Part shown: one piece after another, positions 38,471-50,401 of the stretch
Layout of the letters: every line of letters starts with the position of its first letter
Position numbering within the stretch: position 1 is the first letter of the stretch
Assembly (NCBI GenBank): GCA_022402535.1
Contig: JAKRSD010000019.1
Span: forward strand, 14,224-78,223
Length of the DNA stretch: 64,000 nucleotides
Source of the DNA: Flavobacteriales bacterium
Lineage (GTDB): Bacteria; Bacteroidota; Bacteroidia; CAIKAF01
Direction: 5' to 3'
Made by a program: the position numbers and the translations under genes
Notes under the pieces: model-generated
Told to the model about the DNA's origin: nothing
Databases searched by the model: none
Seen by the model: the letters and a program-made list of their open reading frames with translations, nothing else

Positions 38471-39359
38471 CTACCATGTGCCCGTTCTTTTACATGAGTC
38501 TGTGGATGGACTCGCCGTTAAGCCTTCAGGAACCTATGTGGATTGTACCTTCGGAGGAGGCGGACATTCGGCACTGATACTTTCAAAGCTGGGGCCGGAA
38601 GGGCGTCTGATTGTGTTTGATAAAGATGAAGATGCTAAAAAGAACGCCCCCGAAGACAGTCGTCTTTACTTTGTCGCTTCTGATTTCCGCTTCATAAAAA
38701 ATTACCTCAAGTTTTTAAAAATCACTCAGGTGGATGGTATTCTGGCCGATTTGGGGGTTTCCTCTCATCAGTTCGATACGCCCGAAAGAGGGTTTTCGCT
38801 CCGGTTTGAATCGGCGCTGGATATGCGGATGGATCAGAATGCCGCCGTATCGGCAGGAGATATTATCAATACCTACGAGCAGGAAGAGCTGGCCCGCGTG
38901 CTTTATGAATATGGAGAGTTAAATAATTCGCGGAGGGTGGCAGCACAGGTGGTTTCAGCCCGCCCGATTCAAGATACCGTAAAGCTTAAAGAAGTGCTCT
39001 CTCCCTTTTTGAGAAGAGGGGAAGAACACAAGTTTCTGGCAAAATTTTATCAGGCTCTGCGCATTGAGGTGAACGATGAAATCGCGGCATTGAAGGATCT
39101 GCTTCACGCCTCGTTGGAATTGCTCGCTCTTGGTGGAAGACTTTCGGTGATTTCTTACCATTCGCTCGAAGACCGGCTGGTGAAGAATTTTATCCGTGCC
39201 GGAAATTTTTCCGGAGTGCCCGAAAAGGATTTTTTCGGCAATCCGCTGGTGAACATGAAGGCTGTGAACCGGCAGGTGATCATACCCACTGAAGAAGAAA
39301 TAAAACAAAATAACCGTGCCCGCAGTGCAAAGCTGCGGATAGCAGAAAAAATAGGATGA
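38463..39359 (+). CDS. rsmH: 16S rRNA m4C1402 methyltransferase
   Basis: YHVPVLL, DCTFGGGGHS, DLGVSS.Q, LDMRM, SYHSLEDR, RARSAKLR. Confidence 0.97.
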   Translation: MSSYHVPVLLHESVDGLAVKPSGTYVDCTFGGGGHSALILSKLGPEGRLIVFDKDEDAKKNAPEDSRLYFVASDFRFIKNYLKFLKITQVDGILADLGVSSHQFDTPERGFSLRFESALDMRMDQNAAVSAGDIINTYEQEELARVLYEYGELNNSRRVAAQVVSARPIQDTVKLKEVLSPFLRRGEEHKFLAKFYQALRIEVNDEIAALKDLLHASLELLALGGRLSVISYHSLEDRLVKNFIRAGNFSGVPEKDFFGNPLVNMKAVNRQVIIPTEEEIKQNNRARSAKLRIAEKIG

Positions 39360-39784
39360 ATAAAGAATTTACCATACCCAAAAATGAGCCCATACAGCCG
39401 TCGGCTGTAGAGAGTAATTCGGGTGCTTCTTCCCCCAAGAAGGGTAAGAAGGGATTCTTTTTTTCGCCCGCAAAAATTCTGAAGGGTGAGTTTTTGGCCG
39501 ATGAAAAGGTAATCAAGCATCTGCCTTTCGTCATTTTTTTAACAGGTATTGCCATGGTGTACATCGCCAATGCATACTACGTGGAACGTAAGGTGGTGAA
39601 AATTCAGGCGCTGAATAAAAGAGTAAAGGATTTGCATACCAACTATGTAAGCATTAAAGCCGAACTGATGTACAGCATGAAGCAGACGGAAATTGCCACC
39701 AAACTTGCTGAAACGGGATTGAAAGAGAGTGTGACACCTCCCAAAGTAATACGGATTAACGAAAAGGAAACCCTCATTTACTGA
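39356..39784 (+). CDS. ftsL: FtsL-like cell division protein
   Basis: Single TM plus coiled coil; lies between rsmH and ftsI. Confidence 0.85.
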   Translation: MNKEFTIPKNEPIQPSAVESNSGASSPKKGKKGFFFSPAKILKGEFLADEKVIKHLPFVIFLTGIAMVYIANAYYVERKVVKIQALNKRVKDLHTNYVSIKAELMYSMKQTEIATKLAETGLKESVTPPKVIRINEKETLIY

Positions 39785-39789
39785 TAAAC

Positions 39790-41901
39790 TTGAACAGAAA
39801 AGCTGACATAATACGCCGTGCATTACTCTTGTATGTTTTTACAGGAGTTTTTGCTCTTGCCATTTTGGCCAGGGTGGTATATATCCAGTTTTTTATCGGT
39901 CCCGAACTGCGTAAAAAAACCAAAGAATTAACGCTGGAATACCGCAATGTAGAAGCGCTGAGGGGTAATATTTTTTCATCCGACGGGAACTTTTTGGCCA
40001 TTTCCGTTCCGGTGTATGAACTCCGTATGGATACCAAAGCCAACGGACTCAAAGAAGAAAAATTCAACAATCAGGTAGATTCACTGGCCTGGTGCCTGTC
40101 CAATTTATTCCGCGATCGTACCAAAGCCGATTACAAATCTATTTTAACAGACGGACGTCGTCAGGCCAACCGGTATTTACTGCTCAGAAAAGGGGTATCC
40201 TTTTCGCAGTTGCAGAAAGCCTTAAAATTCCCCTTGTTCAGGGATGGCGCAAATGGTGGTGGTATAATCGCGGTTGCGTCAACAGAAAGGGTGAAACCCT
40301 ATAAAAATTTGGCGGCCCGTACTATCGGTAAAAACGACCCGACGGGAAAACCTTTCGGTATAGAAGGCGCATTTAACGAAGAGCTCACGGGTAAAGAAGG
40401 GGTAAGGTTGATGCAGAAACTTACCGGTGGTATGTGGAAACCCGTGGATGACAATTATGCCGTGGAACCCGAAAATGGTGCGGATATATACACCACCCTG
40501 GATGTAACGCTTCAGGATGTGGCCCATTCGGAATTATATCGTCAGCTGTCTACCCATAATGCCGATCATGGCTGTGTGGTGATGATGGAAGTGCAGACGG
40601 GCGAAGTGAAAGCCATCGCCAATCTGAAAAGAACTTCGGACGGTTCTTACATTGAAAATTATAATTACGCCGTGGGCGAAAGTGTGGAACCCGGTTCCAC
40701 ATTTAAACTGGCTTCTATGATGGCCCTTATGGAAGATGGTTATGTAAAACTTACTGACAGCGTAAATACAGGCAACGGACAGATGCGGTTCTACAGTCAG
40801 ATTATGAAAGATTCGCATGAAGGAGGATACGGCTGGCTGACCATGAAACAGGTGTTTGAGAAATCTTCCAATGTGGGCGTGTCCATGAAGGTGTGGGAAC
40901 ATTATAAAAACGACCCTGAAAAATTTATAAAACGTATCCGTCAGTTTCATCTCCATGAGCCATTGGGATTGCAGATTCCGGGTGAAGGCGATCCGCGAAT
41001 CAAAAATCCAAAAGACCGCGACTGGAGCGGGACTACTTTGCCTTGGATGTCGATTGGCTACGAAAGTAAATTAACCCCATTGCAGGTGCTTACTTTTTAT
41101 AATGCCGTGGCAAACAACGGTAAAATGGTCCGACCCATTTTTGTGAAAGAAATCCGCCGCCGTGGTGCCGTGGTGAAAACATTCGGTCCGGAGGTGATAG
41201 AAGAAAAAATCGCTTCAGAAAAAACCATTGCCCAGGCCCGCGAAATGATGGAAGGCGTGGTGAAAAACGGAACCGCCCGAAACCTGAACGGACTGATTTA
41301 CAAAATTGGCGGGAAAACCGGAACGGCTCAGATTGCCGGCGCCGGTGGATATAAAAACGAAGGAAAAGTAACTTACCGCGCCACATTTGTGGGATATTTT
41401 CCGGCCGATGAGCCTAAGTATTCCTGTATAGTGGTGGTAAGTGCACCGTCAAACAGTGTATACTACGGAAACCTGGTGGCCGGCCCTATTTTTAAAGCCG
41501 TTGCCGATAAAGTATATGCCGGAGCGTTAGATATTCACAAGCCTTATAACCGCAACTTACCGCTGATTTCAGATACCAATTTCCCCACCGTGAAAAAAGG
41601 GTTTGTGAAAGATGCCGCATTCACTCTGAATAAATTGAATATAACCAACGAAGTTGTGGGTATGCAATCCGGATTTTCGGTGGCAAAGCACCTGAATCAA
41701 AAATTTGTTTTCGAGCATCCCCGGTTCACTACGGGGTTATTGCCCGATGTGAAAGGCATGGGTGCCCGCGACGCCATTTTCATTTTGGAAAGTTTAGGAA
41801 TGAAAGTAAAAGTTAACGGAAAGGGTGCCGTGAGAGAGCAAACTCCGCAAGCCGGAAATCGAATCATTAAAGGTCAAACCGTAATCATTCAATTGGGATA
41901 A
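39790..41901 (+). CDS. ftsI: PBP3/FtsI transpeptidase with PASTA domain
   Basis: RGNI, EPGSTFK, SSN, KTGT, C-terminal PDVKGM PASTA. Confidence 0.95.
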   Translation: MNRKADIIRRALLLYVFTGVFALAILARVVYIQFFIGPELRKKTKELTLEYRNVEALRGNIFSSDGNFLAISVPVYELRMDTKANGLKEEKFNNQVDSLAWCLSNLFRDRTKADYKSILTDGRRQANRYLLLRKGVSFSQLQKALKFPLFRDGANGGGIIAVASTERVKPYKNLAARTIGKNDPTGKPFGIEGAFNEELTGKEGVRLMQKLTGGMWKPVDDNYAVEPENGADIYTTLDVTLQDVAHSELYRQLSTHNADHGCVVMMEVQTGEVKAIANLKRTSDGSYIENYNYAVGESVEPGSTFKLASMMALMEDGYVKLTDSVNTGNGQMRFYSQIMKDSHEGGYGWLTMKQVFEKSSNVGVSMKVWEHYKNDPEKFIKRIRQFHLHEPLGLQIPGEGDPRIKNPKDRDWSGTTLPWMSIGYESKLTPLQVLTFYNAVANNGKMVRPIFVKEIRRRGAVVKTFGPEVIEEKIASEKTIAQAREMMEGVVKNGTARNLNGLIYKIGGKTGTAQIAGAGGYKNEGKVTYRATFVGYFPADEPKYSCIVVVSAPSNSVYYGNLVAGPIFKAVADKVYAGALDIHKPYNRNLPLISDTNFPTVKKGFVKDAAFTLNKLNITNEVVGMQSGFSVAKHLNQKFVFEHPRFTTGLLPDVKGMGARDAIFILESLGMKVKVNGKGAVREQTPQAGNRIIKGQTVIIQLG

Positions 41902-43364
41902 TGAAACTGCTCAGAGACATATTATATGGTGTACGCATACTGGATGTGGCGGGCAATACCAATGTGGCTATTGACAGCATTACTATGGACTCGCGCAAGG
42001 GCGGAAACTTTTCGCTTTTTGTGGCGATTAAAGGCACCCAACACGATGGTCATCTTTTTATAGCCCAAGCCATAGAAAAGGGAGCTGTAGCGGTTATATG
42101 CGAAGAAATACCTAAAAATCACTACGAAAGAGCAACCTATGTTCGGGTGGCAGATTCTGCCGAGGCCTTGGGCATCGTGGCGTCCAATTTTTATGGCAAT
42201 CCTTCAGAGTCGCTCAAATTGGTAGGTATTACCGGTACAAACGGCAAAACCACCGTAGCCACGCTGTTATATGATTTATTTATGCTTACGGGCCATAAAT
42301 GCGGTCTGATCAGCACGGTAAAAAATAAAATTAACGGTGAGGTACAGCCTGCCACCTTAACCACGCCTGACGCCATTTCGCTCAACAGGCTCATGGCCGA
42401 GATGGTGAAAAAGGGATGTACACACTGTTTTATGGAAGTGAGTTCCATTGCCGTAGATCAAAAGCGGATTGCCGGATTGAAATTTGAAGGGGCGGTGTTC
42501 ACCAATTTAACACACGACCACCTCGATTATCACGGCACTTTCGAAAATTACCTGAAAGCCAAAAAAGCCTTTTTTGACGGATTGAAAGCTTCCGCATTCG
42601 CGCTTATCAATATTGATGATAAACATGCACGGGTGATGGTGCAGAATTGCAATGCCCGCAAGTTTACCTACTCGCTCACCTCCATGGCTGATTTTAAAGC
42701 GAAAATTATTGAGCGGGATATACGCGGTATGCTGCTCAACATCAATCACAAAGAAGTATGGACCAAACTTTCTGGGGTTTTTAATGCATCTAATGTGTTG
42801 GCTGTATTCGGTGTGGCTACCCGCTTAGGCATGGAAAGCGTGCAGGTGCTTACGGCAATCAGTAATCTGGAACCGGTAGAAGGTCGCTTTAATACTGTGA
42901 TTTCAAAACAGGGTGTGGTGGGAGTGATTGATTATGCCCATACGCCCGATGCATTACAAAATATTCTGGAAGCCATTCACGAAGCATCCGGCAGTAAAGC
43001 CAAGGTAATAACCGTAGTGGGATGTGGCGGTGACCGCGATAAAACCAAGCGCCCCGTGATGGGCAAAATTGCCTGCCGATTAAGCAGCCGGGCCATTTTC
43101 ACTTCCGATAATCCGCGCAGCGAAGAAGCAGTGGACATTATTGCAGATATGCAGTCGGATCTGACTAAAATGGAAAAAAGCAAAATGCTCTCTATCACAG
43201 ATAGAGAAGAAGCCATAAAAACCGCAGTAGCTCTTGCCGAAAAAGGAGATATTATACTGATTGCCGGCAAAGGGCACGAAAAATACCAGGAAATAAAAGG
43301 AGTTAAACATGATTTTGACGACCGTAAGGTGCTGCTCGAAATCTTTAAAAACGAGGAGGCCTGA
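41901..43364 (+). CDS. murE: UDP-MurNAc-tripeptide synthetase (meso-DAP type)
   Basis: GTNGKTT, DYAHTPD, DNPR (DAP specificity), GKGHE. Confidence 0.97.
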   Translation: MKLLRDILYGVRILDVAGNTNVAIDSITMDSRKGGNFSLFVAIKGTQHDGHLFIAQAIEKGAVAVICEEIPKNHYERATYVRVADSAEALGIVASNFYGNPSESLKLVGITGTNGKTTVATLLYDLFMLTGHKCGLISTVKNKINGEVQPATLTTPDAISLNRLMAEMVKKGCTHCFMEVSSIAVDQKRIAGLKFEGAVFTNLTHDHLDYHGTFENYLKAKKAFFDGLKASAFALINIDDKHARVMVQNCNARKFTYSLTSMADFKAKIIERDIRGMLLNINHKEVWTKLSGVFNASNVLAVFGVATRLGMESVQVLTAISNLEPVEGRFNTVISKQGVVGVIDYAHTPDALQNILEAIHEASGSKAKVITVVGCGGDRDKTKRPVMGKIACRLSSRAIFTSDNPRSEEAVDIIADMQSDLTKMEKSKMLSITDREEAIKTAVALAEKGDIILIAGKGHEKYQEIKGVKHDFDDRKVLLEIFKNEEA

Positions 43365-44599
43365 TGTTATATTATCTGTTTAAATATCTCGATCGTTATG
43401 TGGATTTTCCCGGTGCCGGAGTATTCCAATATATCTCTTTCCGCGCGGGAATGGCCATCATTTTGTCACTCATCATTTCGGCATTTTTTGGTAAGCGGCT
43501 AATTCAGATGCTTCGCCGTCTTCAGGTAGGCGAAAGTATCCGGGATTTGGGTTTGGAAGGTCAGCTTGAAAAAGCGGGCACTCCCACTATGGGCGGACTC
43601 ATTATTTTGGGGTCCATCCTGTTGCCCGTATTATTATTTGCCCGGTTAGATAATATCTACGTACTGCTGATGCTTATATCTACCGTGGGCTTAGGCCTCA
43701 TCGGATTTTTGGATGATTATATCAAAGTATTTAAAAAGAATAAAGAAGGACTCGCCGGCCGTTTTAAAATTGTAGGTCAGGTGGGCATAGGTCTGCTGGT
43801 AGGCACAGTGTTATATTTTCATCCGGATGTTACCATGCGCCGCAAGATTGTGGATACGGGGGTGCGTACCGAACAGACGCAGAATACTTCAACCACCGAT
43901 TCCAAATTTGTGGATGTAAATACGCAGGTAACTACCATTCCTTTTGTGAAAAACCATGAGTTCAATTATTCAAAATTGCTCTCCTTTATGGGAGACGGTT
44001 ATGAAAAATATGGCTGGCTGATTTTTATTCCGATCTGCATATTCATTATCACGGCAGTTTCAAACGGGGCGAATATAACAGACGGAATTGACGGATTGGC
44101 AACGGGCACTTCTGCTATTATCGGAACCGTGTTGGGCGTTTTTGCCTATATATCGGGTAATGCCATTTTCTCGGATTATCTCAATGTGATGTACATTCCC
44201 AATTCGGGTGAGTTGGTGGTATTTACGGCGGCTTTTGTGGGCGCCTGTATCGGATTTCTTTGGTATAACGCATATCCTGCCCAGGTTTTTATGGGCGATA
44301 CCGGAAGTCTGGCGCTCGGAGGAATCATTGCCACGTTGGCTATCTGCATCCGCAAGGAATTATTGATTCCTATACTCTGCGGAATTTTTCTGGTTGAAAA
44401 TCTGTCAGTAATGATGCAGGTTTCTTATTTCAAATACACCAAGAAAAAATATGGTGAAGGCCGCCGCATATTCAAAATGTCGCCGCTTCATCATCATTAT
44501 CAGAAACTCGGTATGCACGAATCCAAAATCGTAAGCAGATTCTGGATTGTAGGAATCGGGTTGGCCATATTCACCTTAATCACTTTGAAACTCAGATAA
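43364..44599 (+). CDS. mraY: Phospho-MurNAc-pentapeptide transferase
   Basis: [31 protein letters not shown]. Confidence 0.97.
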   Translation: MLYYLFKYLDRYVDFPGAGVFQYISFRAGMAIILSLIISAFFGKRLIQMLRRLQVGESIRDLGLEGQLEKAGTPTMGGLIILGSILLPVLLFARLDNIYVLLMLISTVGLGLIGFLDDYIKVFKKNKEGLAGRFKIVGQVGIGLLVGTVLYFHPDVTMRRKIVDTGVRTEQTQNTSTTDSKFVDVNTQVTTIPFVKNHEFNYSKLLSFMGDGYEKYGWLIFIPICIFIITAVSNGANITDGIDGLATGTSAIIGTVLGVFAYISGNAIFSDYLNVMYIPNSGELVVFTAAFVGACIGFLWYNAYPAQVFMGDTGSLALGGIIATLAICIRKELLIPILCGIFLVENLSVMMQVSYFKYTKKKYGEGRRIFKMSPLHHHYQKLGMHESKIVSRFWIVGIGLAIFTLITLKLR

Positions 44600-44600
44600 T

Positions 44601-45938
44601 ATGTCAAAACGGATTGTCATACTGGGAGGAGGCGAAAGCGGAGCAGGAGCTGCCGTTCTGGCTGCCGTGCGCGGTTATTCCGTGTTTCTGAGTGATGGCG
44701 GTTCTATTAAGCCCAAGTACAAGGAATGGTTAAAACAATACGACATTCCCTTTGAAGAAGGGGGGCATTCTGCAGATAAAATTCTTGCTGCCGACGAAAT
44801 GATTAAAAGTCCGGGTATTCCTGACAAAGCCCCGCTGGTGAAACAGCTGCGCGAAAAAGGGGTTCCGGTGATTTCCGAAATTGAATTTGCATTCCGATAT
44901 AACAAAGCCAAAATAGTGGGCATTACCGGAACAAACGGTAAAACCACCACCACGTTGCTTACCTATCATATTTTGAAAAACGGCGGATTCTCGGTCGGCT
45001 GCGCAGGAAACGTAGGACAATCATTTGCTTATTCGGTAGCCACCGAAAATCTCGATTATTATGTGTTGGAATTGAGCAGTTTTCAACTGGACGGAATCAT
45101 ACACTTTCGTCCTGATATTGCCATTCTGACGAATATAACCCCCGATCATTTAGACCGCTATGAATATGTATATCAGAATTATATCAATTCAAAATTTAAT
45201 CTGGTAAAAAATCAGCGGTCAACCGATCATTTTATCTATTGCGCCGATTCGCCCGATGTGGCTAAAGAAATTTCTATCCGCAATTTATCTATGAATCTGC
45301 ACCCGTTCAGTGTTATGCACGAACAACAGAATGGGGCTTTTATCCAATCCGAAAAACTGGTCATCAATATAAAAAACAAGGAGTTCGATATGAATATTTA
45401 TGAATTATCTCTACAAGGAAAACACAACACCTACAATGCCATGGCGGCAGGTATTGCGTCGCGTTTGCTCGAAATCAGAAAAGAAAGCATACGCGAAAGC
45501 CTGGCTGATTTCCAAAATGTGGAACATCGTATGGAGTTTGTGGCCAAAGTACGGGGCATGGACTTTATTAACGACAGTAAAGCCACCAATGTGAATTCCG
45601 CTTTTTATGCATTAGAAAGTATGAAAACACCTTTGGTTTGGATTGCCGGTGGTGTGGACAAAGGCAATGATTATGCAGAACTGCGCGATGTGGTGGAAGG
45701 TAAAGTGAAGGCTTTGGTGTGCCTGGGAACAGATAATGAAAAGTTGAAAGCCACATTTGCCGACATCATTCCCATGATTATCGAAGTGGGATCCATGGCC
45801 GAGGCCGTGCAGACTTCTTATCGTCTGGGTGCCAAAGGCGATACGGTTTTGTTGTCGCCCGCCTGTGCCAGTTTTGATTTATTTGAAAATTATGAAGACC
45901 GCGGACGCCAGTTTAAACAGTGGGTGCGTGAGTTATAA
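44601..45938 (+). CDS. murD: UDP-MurNAc-Ala:D-Glu ligase
   Basis: KSPGI, GTNGKTTT, ELSSFQL, NDSKATN, SPACASFD. Confidence 0.97.
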   Translation: MSKRIVILGGGESGAGAAVLAAVRGYSVFLSDGGSIKPKYKEWLKQYDIPFEEGGHSADKILAADEMIKSPGIPDKAPLVKQLREKGVPVISEIEFAFRYNKAKIVGITGTNGKTTTTLLTYHILKNGGFSVGCAGNVGQSFAYSVATENLDYYVLELSSFQLDGIIHFRPDIAILTNITPDHLDRYEYVYQNYINSKFNLVKNQRSTDHFIYCADSPDVAKEISIRNLSMNLHPFSVMHEQQNGAFIQSEKLVINIKNKEFDMNIYELSLQGKHNTYNAMAAGIASRLLEIRKESIRESLADFQNVEHRMEFVAKVRGMDFINDSKATNVNSAFYALESMKTPLVWIAGGVDKGNDYAELRDVVEGKVKALVCLGTDNEKLKATFADIIPMIIEVGSMAEAVQTSYRLGAKGDTVLLSPACASFDLFENYEDRGRQFKQWVREL

Positions 45939-45973
45939 TGATTTGATTTCAGACAGAAAATAGCAGAGACGAT

Positions 45974-47122
45974 ATGAATGCATTGACTAAACATTTGAAA
46001 GGAGATAAGGCCATTTGGTTTGTAGCCGGGGCTTTGTCTATCATTTCATTGCTTTCCGTGTATAGCACTACGGGGTCGCTTGCATTTAAATACAAAGGCG
46101 GCAATACCGAAGCCTATTTGGTTGAACGTCTTATTTTCATCGTGCTGGGATTTGTGATTATGTACCTGGTTCATAAAATCAAATACAACTACTTTTCTAA
46201 AATTGCCAAACTGTTGCTTGTTATCTCGATTCCACTCCTTTTGTTGACCTTATTCATGGGTTCGAGAATTAATGACGCCAGCAGATGGCTTACCATACCC
46301 GGACTTCCCATCAGTTTTCAGACCAGTGATCTGGCTAAACTCTCCCTAGTTACGTATGTAGCTTCTTTTTTAGCAACCCGTCAGGAGGATATTAAAGATT
46401 TCAAAAAAACATTTTTACCCGTAATTATACCCGTGGCGTTAGTCTGTATGCTCATTTTTCCGGCTAACTTTTCCACGGCAGCTATGTTATTTTTTATCTG
46501 TGTGTTATTAATGTTTGTTGCCGGTGTGCGCATCAAACATTTGGCATTGATGATTCTTACCATGGTAATTGTCGGAACAATTTCCATTCTTATTTTGGCT
46601 AACGTGCCCGGCAGCCGTGTACAGACTTGGAAAGCCCGTCTCGAAAATTTTTCAAAAGGAGAAGGTGGCGATAATTATCAGGCCGAACAGGCTAAAATGG
46701 CTATTGCCAACGGGCATTTCTTGGGCTCAGGTCCGGCCAATAATCCCAATAAATATTTTCTTCCCCAGAGCTACAGCGATTTTATTTTCGCTATGATCAT
46801 CGGGGAATACGGCATATTCGGCGGACTCGTCGTCATGTTGTTATACCTGATTTTGTTATATCGTTCATTCAGGATTGCCAGTAGCACCAATTATGGTTTT
46901 GCCATCTTGCTGTCTATAGGGCTTTGTCTGCTGCTTACCGTGCAGGCTTTCATTAATATGGCCGTATCGGTTAATCTGTTCCCCGTAACGGGGCAGCCAC
47001 TGCCATTGGTCAGTATGGGTGGAACGGGAACTTTATTTACCTGCCTTACATTGGGAATGTTGCTCAGTGTGAGCCGTTTTGCTTCAGAAAAAAGTGTTTC
47101 ACCTAAAACAGAAGAAGAATAA
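45974..47122 (+). CDS. ftsW: SEDS glycosyltransferase FtsW
   Basis: N.ASRW, Q.S, LP...SDFIF, PVTG.PLP.VS.GG. Confidence 0.95.
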   Translation: MNALTKHLKGDKAIWFVAGALSIISLLSVYSTTGSLAFKYKGGNTEAYLVERLIFIVLGFVIMYLVHKIKYNYFSKIAKLLLVISIPLLLLTLFMGSRINDASRWLTIPGLPISFQTSDLAKLSLVTYVASFLATRQEDIKDFKKTFLPVIIPVALVCMLIFPANFSTAAMLFFICVLLMFVAGVRIKHLALMILTMVIVGTISILILANVPGSRVQTWKARLENFSKGEGGDNYQAEQAKMAIANGHFLGSGPANNPNKYFLPQSYSDFIFAMIIGEYGIFGGLVVMLLYLILLYRSFRIASSTNYGFAILLSIGLCLLLTVQAFINMAVSVNLFPVTGQPLPLVSMGGTGTLFTCLTLGMLLSVSRFASEKSVSPKTEEE

Positions 47123-48219
47123 TGCTGAATAAGGTGATCATAAGCGGAGGAGGAACCGGCGGACATATATTTCCGGCCTTGGCTATTGCGGATGCCATCA
47201 AGGCATATAATCCGCAGGCCGAAATTCTTTTTGTGGGTGCTAACGGACGTATGGAAATGGAAAAAGTGCCTCAGGCGGGATATCGTATTGAGGGATTAAA
47301 CATAACCGGAATTCAGCGTTCGTTGTCGTTCTCGAATTTGTTATTTCCATTCAGATTACTCCACAGTCTGCTCAAAGCCCGCAGTATAGTAAAACAGTTT
47401 AAACCGCAGGTGGTGGTTGGTACGGGCGGTTTTGCCAGCGGTCCTACGTTGTTTGCGGCCTCCGGATTAAATATTCCAACCGTAATTCAGGAACAGAATT
47501 CTATACCCGGTATAACCAATTCACGTCTGGCGAAACGGGCCATCAAAGTATGTGTGGCGTATCCCGGACTGGAAAAATATTTTTCGCCTACAAAAATTGT
47601 GATGACCGGAAATCCTGTCAGAAAAGTAATTGAACATAACACGTATGCTAAGTCGGATGCTTTACAGGTTTTTGGATTGAATCCTGAGAAAAAAACAGTG
47701 TTTGTTTACGGAGGAAGTCAGGGAGCTTTGGCGGTTAATCAGGGTGTTTTGAATGCCTTGAATCTTTGGAAGAATAACAATATTCAGGTGATTTGGCAGA
47801 CAGGAAAATCGTTTTTTCCAAAGGCTCAGCAAGCCGTTTTGGAATCCGGAGCCGAAAATATCCGGGTGTTTGCATTCATCGAAAATATGCCGGCGGCTTA
47901 TGCCTGTTCCGATTTGGTGGTTTGCCGTGCCGGAGCCATTTCGATATCAGAAATTTGTGTGAGTGGCTTACCTTCTGTGTTGGTTCCGCTGCCTACCGCT
48001 GCCGAAGATCATCAGACCAAAAATGCACAGGCCTTGGTACAGGCAGGTGCGGCGGTTTTACTTTCCAATCAGGATGCACCTACGGCTATGGGAAGCAACG
48101 TGTTGGATATGATAGACAACCCCGAGTTGTTGAAAGCATTGGCTCAGGGCGCGCAAAAATTAGCGGTAAAAGATTCTGCCAATAAAATTGTGGATGTATT
48201 AAAAGAAATTGTGCATTGA
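47122..48219 (+). CDS. murG: Lipid I GlcNAc transferase
   Basis: GGGTGGHIFP, GGFAS, QEQN, GNPVR, GGSQG, HQTKNA. Confidence 0.97.
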   Translation: MLNKVIISGGGTGGHIFPALAIADAIKAYNPQAEILFVGANGRMEMEKVPQAGYRIEGLNITGIQRSLSFSNLLFPFRLLHSLLKARSIVKQFKPQVVVGTGGFASGPTLFAASGLNIPTVIQEQNSIPGITNSRLAKRAIKVCVAYPGLEKYFSPTKIVMTGNPVRKVIEHNTYAKSDALQVFGLNPEKKTVFVYGGSQGALAVNQGVLNALNLWKNNNIQVIWQTGKSFFPKAQQAVLESGAENIRVFAFIENMPAAYACSDLVVCRAGAISISEICVSGLPSVLVPLPTAAEDHQTKNAQALVQAGAAVLLSNQDAPTAMGSNVLDMIDNPELLKALAQGAQKLAVKDSANKIVDVLKEIVH

Positions 48220-49592
48220 AGGAATTGAATAACATACAGGCTGTTTATTTCCTCGGAATCGGGGGCATCGGAATGAGTGCCCTGGCCCGCTATTTTTTCT
48301 TACACGGAAAAATGGTGGCCGGTTATGACCGTACACCTTCTGACATAACCGAACAACTCGGCAGCTTGGGTATAGAGGTGCATTTTGATGATAACATCTC
48401 TTCCATTCCTGAACAAATTCTACGATTACCCAAAGAACAGGTATTGGTGGTAATAACTCCCGCCATTCCTCCACATCACACGGAACGGAATTATTTTATC
48501 CAGCACGGATACACTTTGGTAAAACGTGCGGAAGTACTCGGCATGATTACCCGAAATTCTAAAGGAATTGGAATTGCGGGTACGCACGGTAAAACCACCA
48601 CTTCGGCCATCACCTCGCATTTACTGCATGAATCGGGTATGTCGCCTTCGGCCTTTGTGGGTGGAATCATGGTGAACTACGACACTAATTTTTTAGCCGG
48701 AAACGGAGAAATATCGGTTATGGAAGCCGATGAATTTGACCGTTCCTTCCTTAAGTTGAGTCCTTCGGTAGCGGTAATTACCTCGGTAGATGCAGACCAT
48801 TTGGATATATACGGAAACGAAGAATCGTTCCGCGAGGGATTTTTATTGTATGCCCGTTGTCTCATTCCCGGCGGGAAACTGATTGTACAAGAATCGCTGA
48901 AATCATTATTTGAAAATCTTTCTCCTGTTACGTACGGATTTAATGCAGATGCCGATGTAAGGGCTGTAAACGTAAGGGTGTATAACGGACGTTTTGTTTT
49001 TGATGTGGAAGGGTTATTTACGCTTCCAAATCTTTCTCTCATGATGGCAGGACGTCACAACGTGTTGAATGCCTTGGCAGCCATTACGGCCTGTTATTTT
49101 TCCGGAACGGATATGAACAAAATTCCGTCGGCTTTATACGCTTTCAAAGGTGTGAAGCGCCGCTTTGAACGGGTGTATGAGTCTGATTCGGTTTGTTATA
49201 TTGATGATTATGCACACCATCCTAAAGAGTTGGAAGCCTGCATTGATGCTGTAAGGGAATTGTATCCCGGCAAAAAGGTGTATGGCGCTTTTCAGCCGCA
49301 TCTGTTTACCCGCACCCGCGATTTTGCACAAGGATTTTCCGAAAGTCTGAGTAAATTGGACTACCTGTTCCTGTTGCCTATTTATCCGGCCCGGGAATTA
49401 CCCATTGAAGGCGTTACTTCTGAAATGCTTTCGGCTGCCATTACCTGTCCACACAAAATTGTGCAGAAAGAAAATTTACCGGCCGAAGTAAAACAGATAA
49501 AATCGGAAATCGAAGTGTTTGTTACGATGGGTGCCGGGGATATAGACCGGGAAGTTGTTAATCTTAAAAAGGTATTTGCACATGAAGATTAA
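48216..49592 (+). CDS. murC: UDP-MurNAc:L-Ala ligase
   Basis: GIGGIGMSALA, GTHGKTTT, EADEFD, DDYAHHP, FQPH. Confidence 0.97.
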   Translation: MKELNNIQAVYFLGIGGIGMSALARYFFLHGKMVAGYDRTPSDITEQLGSLGIEVHFDDNISSIPEQILRLPKEQVLVVITPAIPPHHTERNYFIQHGYTLVKRAEVLGMITRNSKGIGIAGTHGKTTTSAITSHLLHESGMSPSAFVGGIMVNYDTNFLAGNGEISVMEADEFDRSFLKLSPSVAVITSVDADHLDIYGNEESFREGFLLYARCLIPGGKLIVQESLKSLFENLSPVTYGFNADADVRAVNVRVYNGRFVFDVEGLFTLPNLSLMMAGRHNVLNALAAITACYFSGTDMNKIPSALYAFKGVKRRFERVYESDSVCYIDDYAHHPKELEACIDAVRELYPGKKVYGAFQPHLFTRTRDFAQGFSESLSKLDYLFLLPIYPARELPIEGVTSEMLSAAITCPHKIVQKENLPAEVKQIKSEIEVFVTMGAGDIDREVVNLKKVFAHED

Positions 49593-50376
49593 CAAAGAAA
49601 AAATATTCCGCATTCTGATTCCGGCCGCTTCCGTGATTTCCATCCTGGTTGTGGTGGGTATATTGTTCTATGTAAATTCAGAACAGGATAAAATTTCATG
49701 TGGTGAACTTACCGTGCTCATTCAACTGAAAGGAAGCGGAAAACTGATTTCGGAAAAGGAAATTCGCGAAATGGTATCAACCCTTTGCGAAGAAAACGGA
49801 GGAAAAGCGTCGGCCTTGAGTACGGCTGAAATTGAAAATTCAATCGAACAGTTTCCTACGGTAAAAAATGCCGAGGTTTACAGAAGAGTAAGCGGTGAAT
49901 TGGTTATCGATATTGAAGAACGCACTCCCATCTGCCGCATTCAGGAATTAAGCGGAACCGATTATTATATGGACGATACGGGAGAATTATTCCCTTTAGT
50001 AAAAGGGTATGCGGCCCGTGTACCCTTGGTGAACGGAAATTTAAAGGAGCCATATGCCTACCGCAGAGGGATAATGAATTCAGATTCGTTAAAAACCGTT
50101 TCCATGCTGGATGATGTGTTCGCCTTATTTCGGGTAATCCGAAAAGATCCGTTTATGCATTCGCTTGTGGAGCAGGTATGGATCAGCGAATCGGGCGAGT
50201 TTGAACTGATTCCCAAAATTGATGATCATGTTATACTTTTTGGCGATACCACCCACATGGAAGGAAAGTGTAATAAACTCAAAATATTTTACGAAGAAGG
50301 GCTGAATACCAAAGGCTGGAACCTGTATCAGACCATAGATCTCAAATATCAAAATCAAATAATCTGTAAAAAATAA
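49582..50376 (+). CDS. ftsQ: Cell division protein FtsQ
   Basis: TM, POTRA-like region, ER.P, C-terminal IDLKY..QIIC; position in the cluster. Confidence 0.88.
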   Translation: MKINKEKIFRILIPAASVISILVVVGILFYVNSEQDKISCGELTVLIQLKGSGKLISEKEIREMVSTLCEENGGKASALSTAEIENSIEQFPTVKNAEVYRRVSGELVIDIEERTPICRIQELSGTDYYMDDTGELFPLVKGYAARVPLVNGNLKEPYAYRRGIMNSDSLKTVSMLDDVFALFRVIRKDPFMHSLVEQVWISESGEFELIPKIDDHVILFGDTTHMEGKCNKLKIFYEEGLNTKGWNLYQTIDLKYQNQIICKK

Positions 50377-50401
50377 TAAACTCGTAATAACGCACGTAGA
50401 T